From Ferroglobus placidus DSM 10642 (GTDB lineage: Archaea > Halobacteriota > Archaeoglobi > Archaeoglobales > Archaeoglobaceae), in NCBI RefSeq assembly GCF_000025505.1, contig NC_013849.1, forward strand, positions 2,040,001-2,072,000: a stretch of 32,000 bases of DNA. The letters are read 5' to 3'. The first letter of the stretch is position 1, and every line of letters begins with the position of its first letter. Below, piece after piece: positions 9,395 to 17,431 of this stretch. The notes beneath the pieces were generated by a model. That model did no database searches. It had not been told where the DNA came from and was given only the letters and a program-made list of their open reading frames with translations. The position numbers and the translations under genes are program-made.

Positions 9395-9966
9395 ATTTTC
9401 ACGCTCATTCTACAGCTATAGTTGAGAGCGACGAGATTGGAGAAGGGACGAAAATTTGGCACTTCGCTCACGTTAGAGAGAAAGCGAAAATTGGAAAGAA
9501 CTGCAACATAGGCAAAGGAGTTTACATCGACACAGAAGTGATTATAGGGAATAACGTGAAAATTCAAAACTTTGCAACGATTTACAGAGGTGTGATTGTG
9601 GAGGATGACGTTTTTATCGGTCCAGCGGTAGTTTTCACAAATGATTTGTATCCAAGGGCTTTTATCTGGAGCGAAGAAAAAATAGAAAAAACAATTGTGA
9701 AAAAAGGGGCAAGCATTGGAGCAAACTCAACAGTAATCTGTGGAATTGAAATTGGGAAATACGCTATGGTAGGTGCGGGAAGCGTTGTCACGAAAAGTGT
9801 TCCACCTCACGCTCTCGTTTACGGGAATCCAGCCAAGCTGAAAGGCTTTGTCTGCTACTGCGGGAGAAAGCTGGAGAAAATTTTAAAGAAGAAAGCTGAA
9901 AGCTTCGTCTATGAATGTCATAACTGCGGGGAAGTTGTAGAAATAAAGAAGGAGTGGTTGAGGTGA
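9376..9966 (+). CDS. Hexapeptide N-acetyltransferase (WbpD/WlbB-like) with C-terminal Cys-rich ribbon
   Basis: 196 aa; GEGTKIWHFAHVREKAKIGKNCNIGKGVYID typical of WbpD-like enzymes; C-terminus FVCYCGRKLEKILKKKAESFVYECHNCGEVVEIKKEW. Confidence 0.88.
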   Translation: MEESTLDFHAHSTAIVESDEIGEGTKIWHFAHVREKAKIGKNCNIGKGVYIDTEVIIGNNVKIQNFATIYRGVIVEDDVFIGPAVVFTNDLYPRAFIWSEEKIEKTIVKKGASIGANSTVICGIEIGKYAMVGAGSVVTKSVPPHALVYGNPAKLKGFVCYCGRKLEKILKKKAESFVYECHNCGEVVEIKKEWLR

Positions 9967-11144
9967 AGGTAGCGGTTGTTGGCTTGGGTAAGGCGGGTTT
10001 ACCATTAGCTGCAGTGATAGCTGAATCCGGCTTGGAAGTTGTGGGAGTCGATCTGGATGAGGAAAAATGCAAGATGATTAATTCAGGGATAAATCCAATT
10101 CCTGAAGAGCCGGGGTTGGATGAATTAATAAAAAAGCACGGGGGAAAAAAGCTTAAAGCCACGCCGAATTACGAGGAAGCAAAGGATTGTAAAGCTTACA
10201 TAGTTATAGTCCCTTTACTTCTCGACGAAAACAAAAATCCCGATTTCAGCGTTCTCGAATCTGCCTTCAGAAGCATAGGAAAAATTCTGAAAAAAGGAGA
10301 CTTGGTTGTTCTTGAAACGACGGTTCCTCCGTTTACAACCGAAAATCTTGTGAAAAGATGGCTTGAAGATGAAAGCGGTTTAGAGCTCGGAGATTTTTAC
10401 TTAGCTTTCTCTCCAGAGAGGATAATGACTGGCTACAGCATATCAAGGCTGAGAGAATTTCCGAAAGTGATAGGAGGGGTTGATGAAGAAAGCGGGAGAA
10501 AAGCTTATGAGCTTTACAAAAAGTTTGTGCCAAACCTTCACCTCGTTTCGAATGCGAGAACTGCCGAGTTTATAAAAATCATAGAAGGCTGCTATAGGGA
10601 TGCGAACATAGCTTTAGCAAATGAACTTTTTAAAATCGCTGAAGAAATTGGTGCTGACTTCTTTGAATCGAGAGAGAAAGCCAATCACGAGTTCTGCCAC
10701 ATTCATCTTCCATCGACCGGCGTTGGTGGACACTGCATTCCAGTATATACTTGGTTTCTAATCAATGAGATGGAAAAAGGAGAGAAATTTGAATACGTAA
10801 GATTGCTGAGGACTGCAAGGGAAATAAACGACGAAATGATAAATTACTGGGCTGAGAAAATCGTTATGGAATGTATGAGGGTAAGTAAGCCATTGAGTGA
10901 AGTAAAAATTTGCATTAAAGGCATAACTTTCAGAAAGGGAGTTAAGGAAATTTACCACAGCAAAAATCTTGCGTTGGCGAAACTTTTAGCTGAGAAGGGA
11001 TTGGATCTGGGAGTTTGGGATGAGTTGTTCACGCCGGAAGAAGTTGAGAAGCTTGGGTTGAAATGGAGGGAGCCGGAAGAAGCTGATGTTGTGTTCGATT
11101 GCTTCGAACTGAAATTATTTAGTGAAATGAACAAAGAAAAATAA
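9954..11144 (+). CDS. UDP-N-acetylhexosamine 6-dehydrogenase (WbpA/WecC family)
   Basis: 396 aa; VAVVGLGKAGLPLAAVIAESGLEVVGVDLDEEK, SPERIMTGYSISRLREFPKVIGG, STGVGGHCIPVYTWFL. The start may be GTG 9954 or GTG 9963. Confidence 0.88.
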   Translation: MVEVKVAVVGLGKAGLPLAAVIAESGLEVVGVDLDEEKCKMINSGINPIPEEPGLDELIKKHGGKKLKATPNYEEAKDCKAYIVIVPLLLDENKNPDFSVLESAFRSIGKILKKGDLVVLETTVPPFTTENLVKRWLEDESGLELGDFYLAFSPERIMTGYSISRLREFPKVIGGVDEESGRKAYELYKKFVPNLHLVSNARTAEFIKIIEGCYRDANIALANELFKIAEEIGADFFESREKANHEFCHIHLPSTGVGGHCIPVYTWFLINEMEKGEKFEYVRLLRTAREINDEMINYWAEKIVMECMRVSKPLSEVKICIKGITFRKGVKEIYHSKNLALAKLLAEKGLDLGVWDELFTPEEVEKLGLKWREPEEADVVFDCFELKLFSEMNKEK

Positions 11145-11253
11145 AAAGTTCGTAGCAGAGCACGATTTTATTCAATAACAACATAAAAATCTTCAACGAC
11201 CTCTTTAACAAATAGAACATGGTTATCCTTTGTGACAAGGAACTGTCAAGATG

Positions 11254-11540
11254 TTATCCCATATTATGCAATTCCACAAAGCTCTTCAACCAGCTCTGAA
11301 TGTAATCGAAGGAACTGTTAAAGGAAGACCTGAGAAACTCTTTGTTCTTCTCTTCAGCAGAGAAAAGAGATTTCCACTGCATTTCTTCTCCCGAAAGCCA
11401 GATGAATAAACACTCCTTTGTATCAACATCTATTGCATTCCAGACGAAGAGTTGCCTGTTCATTAACTTCAGTTTCGTTTCGTCTATCGCAATTAACCTT
11501 CTTTTCTTCCTTTCAGGAGGCTTTAAGATTTTTTGATTCG
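11254..11540 (-). pseudogene. Transposase remnant (DDE type, possibly IS6/IS240-like)
   Basis: Frame reads KPPERKKRRLIAIDETKLKLMNRQLFVWNAIDVDTKECLFIWLSGEEMQWKS..., resembling the first catalytic Asp region; the rest of the DDE domain is missing or scrambled. Confidence 0.6.
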
Positions 11541-11755
11541 TAGCTTATTTTTTGAACCCTAATCCAGTTAGCTTTCGCAATTTTTACCGCATCCTCTCTT
11601 TCTCCTCCTTCAACAACACATTCCCTGTAGACGGCTTCCGGCACGATCACCTCGCTAAAAAATGATTTCAGCAAATCTAACTTCCCAATCTTCGCAAGAT
11701 GGATGAGCGGTGATGAATTACTCACTACCTTTTGCAAATGCGATATCCTCCTCAA
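11513..11755 (-). pseudogene. DUF3368-type PIN-domain toxin, 3'-truncated
   Basis: VVSNSSPLIHLAKIGKLDLLKSFFSEVIVPEAVYRECVVEGGEREDAVKIAKANWIRV matches the DUF3368 N-terminal half. The ORF ends after 80 aa beside the transposase remnant. Confidence 0.75.
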
Positions 11756-11975
11756 GTTCCTTTATCGTGTAATGTCTTTCAACTTTCCTTCTGGCGAGCT
11801 CCTCTATGAACTCCCACTTGCTCATCTCAGCAAGCTTCCTTGCCTTGCCCATGGATAGGATTCCTCTCTGGTAGAGGGCTATTGCCAGCTCTACTTTTAA
11901 AAACCTCTCTTTGTCTTTCTCAGGTAGCTTCATCGAAGCCAGCACGTCATCCGGAATGATTATCATTGCACCCAC
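11718..11975 (-). CDS. UPF0175 family antitoxin-like protein
   Basis: 85 aa; MIIIPDDVLASMKL...LAIALYQRGILSMGKARKLAEMSKWEFIEELARRKVERHYTIKELEEDIAFAKG, the classical UPF0175 pattern, paired with a DUF3368 gene. Confidence 0.85.
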   Translation of the reverse strand: MGAMIIIPDDVLASMKLPEKDKERFLKVELAIALYQRGILSMGKARKLAEMSKWEFIEELARRKVERHYTIKELEEDIAFAKGSE

Positions 11976-12263
11976 AACAGAACCTACGATGTAGAACTAA
12001 TAAACTTTTTCTGGATACCAGGCACTGGCAAACTTCAACCATTGTTTCTGAACAGAACAATCGGAAGTTGAAGAGAGCGAGCCAAAAGAGGTTTGCTGAA
12101 AGATTTGCTCTGAAAGAGGTTTACTCAAAAGTGATTGCAAAAGTTCCTCGAGAATTTTTGTAGATCATTTTATGATTCAACGCGAACCAGTCTTTGAGAA
12201 ACTGAAAGATCGTGAAGTTAGAGGGGGTCGAAGGTTATCAAAAGCTAAGAAGCTGGGATGCAA

Positions 12264-12359
12264 ACGGCTACGACTTGCAAACATCACGAATAAAGAGGAT
12301 AGCAACGTTTGACGAAGATTTTAGGAGGGTTGACTTCTTGGAGATTTTAGATTTAAGCT
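12264..12359 (+). pseudogene. C-terminal relic of a PIN-domain toxin homologous to the one at 14061..14537
   Basis: Reads ...KRIATFDEDFRRVDFLEILDLS*, compared with ...RKIATFDEDFRRVDFLEILGDEI*. A 34-nt identical block (12317-12350 = 14490-14523) and one base missing upstream (cac-gaataaagagg). Confidence 0.7.
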
Positions 12360-12366
12360 AATTCAA

Positions 12367-12465
12367 TTAAATCTTCAACCTCCTCGCAACGCTTCTCAAC
12401 TTCTCCTCTTCCCTCCTCTTCTTCAAGTGCCTCTCAGCCAGTTTTCTCAGTTCTCTTTCTACGTC
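12367..12465 (-). pseudogene. Sulfatase C-terminal tail relic
   Basis: DVERELRKLAERHLKKRREEEKLRSVARRLKI*, homologous at protein and nucleotide level to the tail of 2659..3000 (DVERELRKLAEMKEEERLRAGIEKLRRLKI*). Confidence 0.6.
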
Positions 12466-12511
12466 AGGCTACATCTAATTTAGTTTTCTTATTTCCCTAA
12501 GATTACAACTG

Positions 12512-12552
12512 ATGCATGTGTTGTGCATGAACAAATTCTTTTTAAACTATAT
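12512..12552 (+). promoter_or_regulatory. Candidate ugd promoter: inverted repeat ATGCA-N7-TGCAT followed by a TATA-like tttaaactatat
   Basis: The TATA-like element lies ~20-30 bp upstream of the ugd ATG, suggesting a leaderless or short-leader transcript. The inverted repeat lies just upstream. Confidence 0.4.
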
Positions 12553-12569
12553 GCATACACAGTTGTCTG

Positions 12570-13838
12570 ATGAAGATATCCATAATCGGTTCTGGATACG
12601 TTGGGTTGGTTACTGGCGTCGGATTTGCTGAACTCGGTCATGATGTTGTTTTCATAGATGTTGATGAGCAAAAGGTCGAGATGATCAATTCTTGCAAGCC
12701 ACCAATTTTTGAGAAAGGGCTGAAAGAGCTCATGGAAAAGAATAGGGGGAAATTTTACGCAACTAATGATTACGCATCTCTCAAGAATACTGATATAACG
12801 TTCATCTGTGTAGGAACCCCATCGAGAAAAGATGGTTCAATAGATTTGAAATACGTTGAATCTGCTTCTAAGGAGATAGGAAAGGTTTTGAGAGGTAAAG
12901 AAGAGTTTCATACGGTTGTCGTCAAAAGCACAGTTATTCCGGGAACTACTGAGGAAGTTGTAAAGCCAATAATTGGAAAAGAATCTGGCAAAGAAGCATT
13001 CAGAGATTTTGGATTGGCTATGAATCCAGAATTTTTAAGGGAGGGTAACGCAGTTGAAGACTTCTTCAATCCGGATAGGATAGTTATTGGAGTTAAGGAT
13101 GAAAGAACAAAGAAAATCCTTGAGAAGCTTTACGAACCCTTCAATTGTCCGAAACTTATCACGGACATAAAGACCGCTGAGATGATAAAGTACGCATCCA
13201 ATGCATTTCTAGCTACGAAAATTAGCTTCGCCAACGAGATAGGGAATATATGCAAGAAGCTTGGGATCGACGTTTACAAGGTGTTCGAGGGCGTTGGATT
13301 GGATCACAGGATAAATCCCTCATTCTTTAGAGCTGGGATCGGATTTGGAGGGAGCTGTTTTCCTAAAGACGTTAAGGCGTTGATCAAGAAGGCTGAAGAA
13401 CTCGGTGAGGACCCGAAGCTACTGAAAGCTGTTATCGAAGTAAATGAGAGACAGCCGTTGAAGATGATAGAGCTTTTAAAGAAGCACATTCCCAACTTAG
13501 AAGGAAAGAAGATAGGTTTGTTAGGTCTGGCGTTTAAGCCTGATACGGATGACGTAAGAGAGAGTAGAGCTATACCGATCGTTAAAGCTTTGCTGGAAGA
13601 GGGGGCAGAGATTATAGCCTACGATCCGAAAGCTATTGAGAACTTCAGGAAATTTTTCCCTCAAATAGAATATGCTAACTCAGCTGAAGATGTTATTGCA
13701 AAATCAGATGCAGTGTTGATAGTAACGGAGTGGAGGGACTTTGAAGAGCTCGATTACAGCGGTAAAATTGTTATCGATGGAAGAAGAGTTGAGAAGGCTA
13801 TGAGGGAAGCTAAGATATACGAAGGGGTGTGTTGGTAA
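12570..13838 (+). CDS. ugd: UDP-glucose 6-dehydrogenase
   Basis: 422 aa; MKISIIGSGYVGLVTGVGFAELGHDVVFIDVD, NPEFLREGNAVEDFFNPDRIVIG, GIGFGGSCFPKDVKALI, GLAFKPDTDDVRESRAI. Confidence 0.93.
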   Translation: MKISIIGSGYVGLVTGVGFAELGHDVVFIDVDEQKVEMINSCKPPIFEKGLKELMEKNRGKFYATNDYASLKNTDITFICVGTPSRKDGSIDLKYVESASKEIGKVLRGKEEFHTVVVKSTVIPGTTEEVVKPIIGKESGKEAFRDFGLAMNPEFLREGNAVEDFFNPDRIVIGVKDERTKKILEKLYEPFNCPKLITDIKTAEMIKYASNAFLATKISFANEIGNICKKLGIDVYKVFEGVGLDHRINPSFFRAGIGFGGSCFPKDVKALIKKAEELGEDPKLLKAVIEVNERQPLKMIELLKKHIPNLEGKKIGLLGLAFKPDTDDVRESRAIPIVKALLEEGAEIIAYDPKAIENFRKFFPQIEYANSAEDVIAKSDAVLIVTEWRDFEELDYSGKIVIDGRRVEKAMREAKIYEGVCW

Positions 13839-13870
13839 ACTATTTTAAATTCGAACTTCAGAGTAAGTTC

Positions 13871-14098
13871 ATGCCAAAAGTTATAGAGGTGATATACGAG
13901 AACGGAGTATTCAAACCTCTTGAGAAGGTTGACCTGCCGCAAGGGGTAAAGGTTAGAATAGAAATCAAAGAGGAACCCGGTAGAATTACCGAGGAATTTA
14001 TCAACGAATTGGAGAAAATTGTGAATACCTTGCCGAAAGTGAAGGTCGATTTCAGAAAGCTTGACGAAATGTATTATGAAGGAAAAATGCTTTATTGA
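13871..14098 (+). CDS. AF2212-like (DUF104) antitoxin
   Basis: 75 aa MPKVIEVIYENGVFKPLEKVDLPQGVKVRIEIKEE..., a DUF104/AF2212-like signature. The ORF track begins at 13829 but the family start is at the internal ATG. Confidence 0.88.
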   Translation: MPKVIEVIYENGVFKPLEKVDLPQGVKVRIEIKEEPGRITEEFINELEKIVNTLPKVKVDFRKLDEMYYEGKMLY

Positions 14099-14537
14099 TA
14101 CGACAGTAATTCTCAAGGTAATTCTGGAAAGTGACGTTGAAATCTTGAGAAATTTATCCGAATATTACGTATGCACATCTGTAAACGTTCTCGAAGAGGC
14201 TACATTCAAAATAATAGTTAGCAGTGTTCTCGAAACGATGAGTGTTGAAGGAGCTAGTATTTATAAAATCAAAGACGAGTTTGAAAAAGGAACTGGCAGA
14301 GATTTAATTTTAAAGAGGTTGCACGCCTTAAATTTCTTGAAGAACAATCTTGTCGTTCTTCCCATCGACGACAAAATCTTCGAATCGTCAAAAGAGATGA
14401 TTAAAAAGTATAATCTTTTGCCGAATGATGCTTTAATCGTTGCTACTTGTAAGTATTACGGGATTAGGAAGATCGCTACATTTGATGAGGATTTTAGGAG
14501 GGTTGACTTCTTGGAGATTTTAGGTGATGAAATATGA
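14061..14537 (+). CDS. PIN-domain (VapC-like) toxin
   Basis: CFIDTTVILKVIL, VLEEATFKII, NDALIVATCKYYGIRKIATFDEDF are PIN motifs. The start is TTG 14061 or ATG 14076; overlaps antitoxin 5' and galU 3' (ATGA). Confidence 0.85.
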   Translation: MTKCIMKEKCFIDTTVILKVILESDVEILRNLSEYYVCTSVNVLEEATFKIIVSSVLETMSVEGASIYKIKDEFEKGTGRDLILKRLHALNFLKNNLVVLPIDDKIFESSKEMIKKYNLLPNDALIVATCKYYGIRKIATFDEDFRRVDFLEILGDEI

Positions 14538-15370
14538 AGGTCAGGAAGGCTGTGATTCCAGCTGCAGGATATGGAACCAGGATGCTTCCGATTACTAAAG
14601 CCCAGCCCAAGGAGATGGTGCCGGTAGTCCACAAGCCAGTGATCCAATACGTTGTCGAGGAGGCTTATCATTCCGGCATAAGAGAGATTCTGATAATAAC
14701 GGGTAAGCATAAGAGGGCTATCGAGGATCACTTTGATAGAAGCGATTTAACCAAGAAAGATAAGTACACGGAAGAGCTCGATAGAATTTTGGAAGAGGTG
14801 AACATATTCTTCGTGAGGCAGAGAGAGCAGAAGGGGTTGGGAGATGCTGTAAGGTATGCTGAGGCTTTTGTTGACGATGAGCCTTTTGCTTTGTTGTTGG
14901 GAGATAACATTACGATTCCTCCCTGCACGAAGATGTTGATCGATGCTTTCGAGAAATATAAATTTACGGTAATCGCCTTGGAAAGAGTTCCTTTGGAAAG
15001 AGTTTCCTTTCACGGGATAGTTAAGGGTTCAGAAGTCGAAAAAGGTGTTTACAAACTCGAAGATCTAATTGAAAAGCCGAAGATTGAAGAAGCACCATCA
15101 AACCTCGCCGTAATCGGAAGGTATATACTTGTTCCAGAGATTTTTGATTATTTGAAGGATTTGAAGCCCGGATACGGTGGAGAGATTCAGCTCACAGACG
15201 CTTTAAGACATATGTGCAGAGATTTCGACGTTTACGGAATTCTGTATGATGGAAAGAGATACGACATCGGAAACAAGCTGGAGTGGTTGAAGGCTAACAT
15301 TGAGCTGGCTTTGAAGGATGAAGAGCTGGGGGAAGAGTTTAAAAGATGGTTAATTAAGCTGAGAATATGA
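14534..15370 (+). CDS. galU: UTP--glucose-1-phosphate uridylyltransferase
   Basis: 278 aa; MKVRKAVIPAAGYGTRMLPITKAQPKEMVPVVHKPVIQYVVEEA, GLGDAVRYAE, YDGKRYDIGNKLEWLKANIELAL. Confidence 0.93.
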   Translation: MKVRKAVIPAAGYGTRMLPITKAQPKEMVPVVHKPVIQYVVEEAYHSGIREILIITGKHKRAIEDHFDRSDLTKKDKYTEELDRILEEVNIFFVRQREQKGLGDAVRYAEAFVDDEPFALLLGDNITIPPCTKMLIDAFEKYKFTVIALERVPLERVSFHGIVKGSEVEKGVYKLEDLIEKPKIEEAPSNLAVIGRYILVPEIFDYLKDLKPGYGGEIQLTDALRHMCRDFDVYGILYDGKRYDIGNKLEWLKANIELALKDEELGEEFKRWLIKLRI

Positions 15371-15993
15371 CTTTTAGACCTCAAGTACCAAAGGAACATT
15401 ATTTCAAAGGATACGATACAAAAGAGAGATGGATCAGTTACTGGTATCAGATAAACGAAGTTCTAAAAACCAATCCAGAGACAGTTTTGGAAGTAGGAAT
15501 AGGAAATAAAACTGTAAGTGACTATCTGAAAAAATTAGGTATATGTGTTACGACAGTAGATATCGACGAGGATTTAGAACCAGATTATGTATGTAGCGTT
15601 ACGGAACTTAGCAAATACTTTGAAGAGAATTCTTTTGATACTGTCCTGTGTGCCGAAGTTTTAGAGCATATGCCGTTCGAATATTTTGAAACGGCTTTAG
15701 AAGAGTTGTGGAAAGTTTCGAAAAAGTATATAATTTTATCTTTGCCGCATTTTGGGCTGGGATTTAATTTAAGCTTAAAAATTCCTCTATTGAGGCGAAT
15801 AAACCTTACAATTAAAGTTCCTTTGCCACTTAAACATAAATTCGATGGACAGCATTACTGGGAAATAGGAAAGAAAGGATATCCTCTGAGAAAAATCAAA
15901 ACAGTGTTATCAAGAAAGTATTACATAGAAAGGACATATCTGGTTCCAGAAAATCCATACCATAGATTTTTCATATTGAAAAAGAGAAACTGA
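15367..15993 (+). CDS. Class I SAM-dependent methyltransferase
   Basis: 208 aa; VLEVGIGNKTVSDYLKKLGICVTTVDIDEDLEPDYV, FDTVLCAEVLEHMPFEYFETALEEL. Overlaps galU by 4 bp. Confidence 0.85.
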   Translation: MTFRPQVPKEHYFKGYDTKERWISYWYQINEVLKTNPETVLEVGIGNKTVSDYLKKLGICVTTVDIDEDLEPDYVCSVTELSKYFEENSFDTVLCAEVLEHMPFEYFETALEELWKVSKKYIILSLPHFGLGFNLSLKIPLLRRINLTIKVPLPLKHKFDGQHYWEIGKKGYPLRKIKTVLSRKYYIERTYLVPENPYHRFFILKKRN

Positions 15994-16010
15994 AAATTTA
16001 TGCGAATAAT

Positions 16011-17192
16011 TTATGCAAGTTTTCTATATATTGTATAATATTTTTCACCAATCTTATTCCAGTCATAATTCATTTCTACTTTTTCTCTTGCTTTGATTGC
16101 TATTTTGTAAGTTAGTTTATCATCACTGAATAAATTCAAGACTCTATCGGCGATTGCTTCAGGATCTCTCGGCGGAATTAAAAATCCTGTTTTTCGATCA
16201 TCAATCATTTCATCAGCTCCAACTGCTGCATCAGTAGCAACAAGGGGTATTCCGCTAGCCATAGCTTCTAACCTTACTGGTGAGAAGCTCTCAGATAAAG
16301 AAGGATGCACAAAAACTCTACACCTTTTGTAAAATTCGATAATTTTCATTTTTGGAATGTGTCCATGAAACTTAACATTTGCTTCAATACCAAGTTTTCT
16401 AACTAGTGCTTCAAGATATTCTCTTCGTGGGCCATCGCCCAATATGTGTAATCTAGCAGTTGGATATTCTTTTAAAATATGCGGCATAGCTTTTATGAGG
16501 TATTCAAAACCCTTTCTCTTTATTAATGCTCCAACAGAAAGTATTTCAAAATTTAATGGAGGTAACGAAAATATAAACTCATCTAAATTTACGCCTATTG
16601 GTATTACTTTAATTCTATTCCTATCACCGATAATTTCACCATAAATTTTCCTCGTAGTATTATTTACTGCAATTATGATGTCTGCCTTGTCTAAAGTTTC
16701 CCTAAAAGCGAAATCAATGACATGTGATCCTAATTTTCTACATAGCTTGACTATATAGTACTCCAAACAAATAAGATCGTGTTTTCTGCCACTCCAGATA
16801 ATGTAATCGTCATAAAAAAATAAATGCTTCGCTTGGACTGGTCCAACTACATACGGATAGTCTCTAACGGCATTCATTAATGCGGATAAGTTATATCCAC
16901 CGTAAGGTAGGTTGAAGCTATGAACTATAGAAACTTTTTTTTGTTCTAAAAATTTTTTAACTGCTCTAAGCAATTTAATTTGGAAGAATATCCTATCGAT
17001 TGTTCTATGGTTTGATGTTAATTTTATAAAAGTAACGTTTTTTAAATCGAGCTTTGCGAAAATATCATTCACAATTGCATAAAATTTAACATCATAGTTC
17101 TGCAAATGCCTGAGAATATTGTAGCTTTTCGCATAGCCATACGTTACCAGATTGAAGTCTGCTGGAGCAGCAAGTACGGTTATCATCTGCAT
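16011..17192 (-). CDS. Glycosyltransferase family 4
   Basis: 393 aa; ILSVGALIKRKGFEYLIKAMPHILKEYPTARLHILGDGPRREYLEAL, HPSLSESFSPVRLEAMASGIPLVATDAAVGADEMI. Confidence 0.92.
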   Translation of the reverse strand: MQMITVLAAPADFNLVTYGYAKSYNILRHLQNYDVKFYAIVNDIFAKLDLKNVTFIKLTSNHRTIDRIFFQIKLLRAVKKFLEQKKVSIVHSFNLPYGGYNLSALMNAVRDYPYVVGPVQAKHLFFYDDYIIWSGRKHDLICLEYYIVKLCRKLGSHVIDFAFRETLDKADIIIAVNNTTRKIYGEIIGDRNRIKVIPIGVNLDEFIFSLPPLNFEILSVGALIKRKGFEYLIKAMPHILKEYPTARLHILGDGPRREYLEALVRKLGIEANVKFHGHIPKMKIIEFYKRCRVFVHPSLSESFSPVRLEAMASGIPLVATDAAVGADEMIDDRKTGFLIPPRDPEAIADRVLNLFSDDKLTYKIAIKAREKVEMNYDWNKIGEKYYTIYRKLA

Positions 17193-17431
17193 CAGGTACT
17201 CAAAAATTGATTTAAAAATTTTCTACCTTATTTTAAAATTATGCAGAGTTCTACTCATTTTGCTCTGTTTCTTGCTAAGCTCTTTTTTAGCCGTATTATC
17301 TATTCTGCTTGCTATTATATTGAATTTGGTGTCGATTCTTTTAGGCCAGATTATGCGTCACGTGATAGTTTCCTACTCTGAAGCTGAATTCCGCTGGTGC
17401 TACTAAAACTTGCATCGAAAGTTAGAAAAAT

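Noticed and set aside
11966-12163. 65-aa ORF MHPQQNLRCRTNKL...RFAERFALKEVYSKVIAKVPREFL
   Set aside because: Its second half looks protein-like but I recognise no family; it lies in a debris-rich stretch, so it is not called as a gene.
17152-17406. 84-aa hydrophobic plus-strand ORF
   Set aside because: It starts inside the glycosyltransferase on the other strand; hydrophobicity comes from T-rich DNA. No support beyond being open.
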